From Octopus bimaculoides (taxonomy: Eukaryota): a DNA stretch of 64,000 nt. The stretch covers positions 56,803,522-56,867,521 of the forward strand of contig NC_068984.1 in assembly GCF_001194135.2 (NCBI RefSeq). The letters are read 5' to 3'. Below, one piece after another: positions 63,745 to 64,000 of the stretch. The position numbers were made by a program, and so were the translations under genes. Every line of letters begins with the position of its first letter. Within the stretch, counting starts at the first letter, position 1. The notes below the pieces were generated by a model. It did not search any database, was not told the origin of the DNA, and worked only from the letters and a program-made list of their open reading frames with translations.

Positions 63745-63900
63745 AAACTGGATGAAATGCCTGGTGGCATTTATTGTGACTTCCTGTGTTCAGAGTTCAA
63801 ATCTTGTCATGGTTAACTTTGCTTTTCATCTTTCTGAAGAGGGTGTGGGGAGATCAGTAAATAAGCACCAGTGTAGGGTAATGGATTGGCAAAATCACTT
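63745..63900 (+). mobile_element. Degenerate SINE family C
   Basis: gaaatgcctggtggcatt...gagttcaaatct...aactttgcttttcatc. Confidence 0.7.
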
Positions 63901-64000
63901 GTGTGTTGGTCATTAACCTATTAAGTATTTGAGCTGGTTTTTTGCATACTGAGTTCAGTTCCTGCTATGGACTACCTGTGTGACAGTTATAATTCATTAC

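Overview
This is AT-rich, repeat-dense animal genomic DNA. The SINE, MITE and microsatellite families look like those of an Octopus genome (recognised by eye, not by database search), and the window comes from a gapped assembly with N runs at 16998-17502, 27245-27254 and 60279-60288. I could not identify any protein-coding gene, tRNA, rRNA, known miRNA or CRISPR array. Most listed ORFs are microsatellite, N-run or repeat read-throughs. What the sequence does support is at least five SINE-like families (several copies with clear target-site duplications), hAT, mariner and piggyBac-type MITEs, a decayed non-LTR reverse transcriptase, LINE 3' ends and many simple repeats. There is also a CpG-retaining promoter-like island near 7.8 kb and several orphan exon-like segments of low confidence. 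The window is most likely intronic or intergenic. The best leads are (1) fold-back elements that could form long dsRNA (inverted young SINE pair, 400-bp and 200-bp palindromes, an old degenerate hairpin), which matter given cephalopod A-to-I editing; (2) two plus-strand polypyrimidine-TAG|GTAAG sites resembling recursive splice points; and (3) a head-to-tail stack of about nine SINEs. None of this is enough to claim a new biological system from sequence alone.
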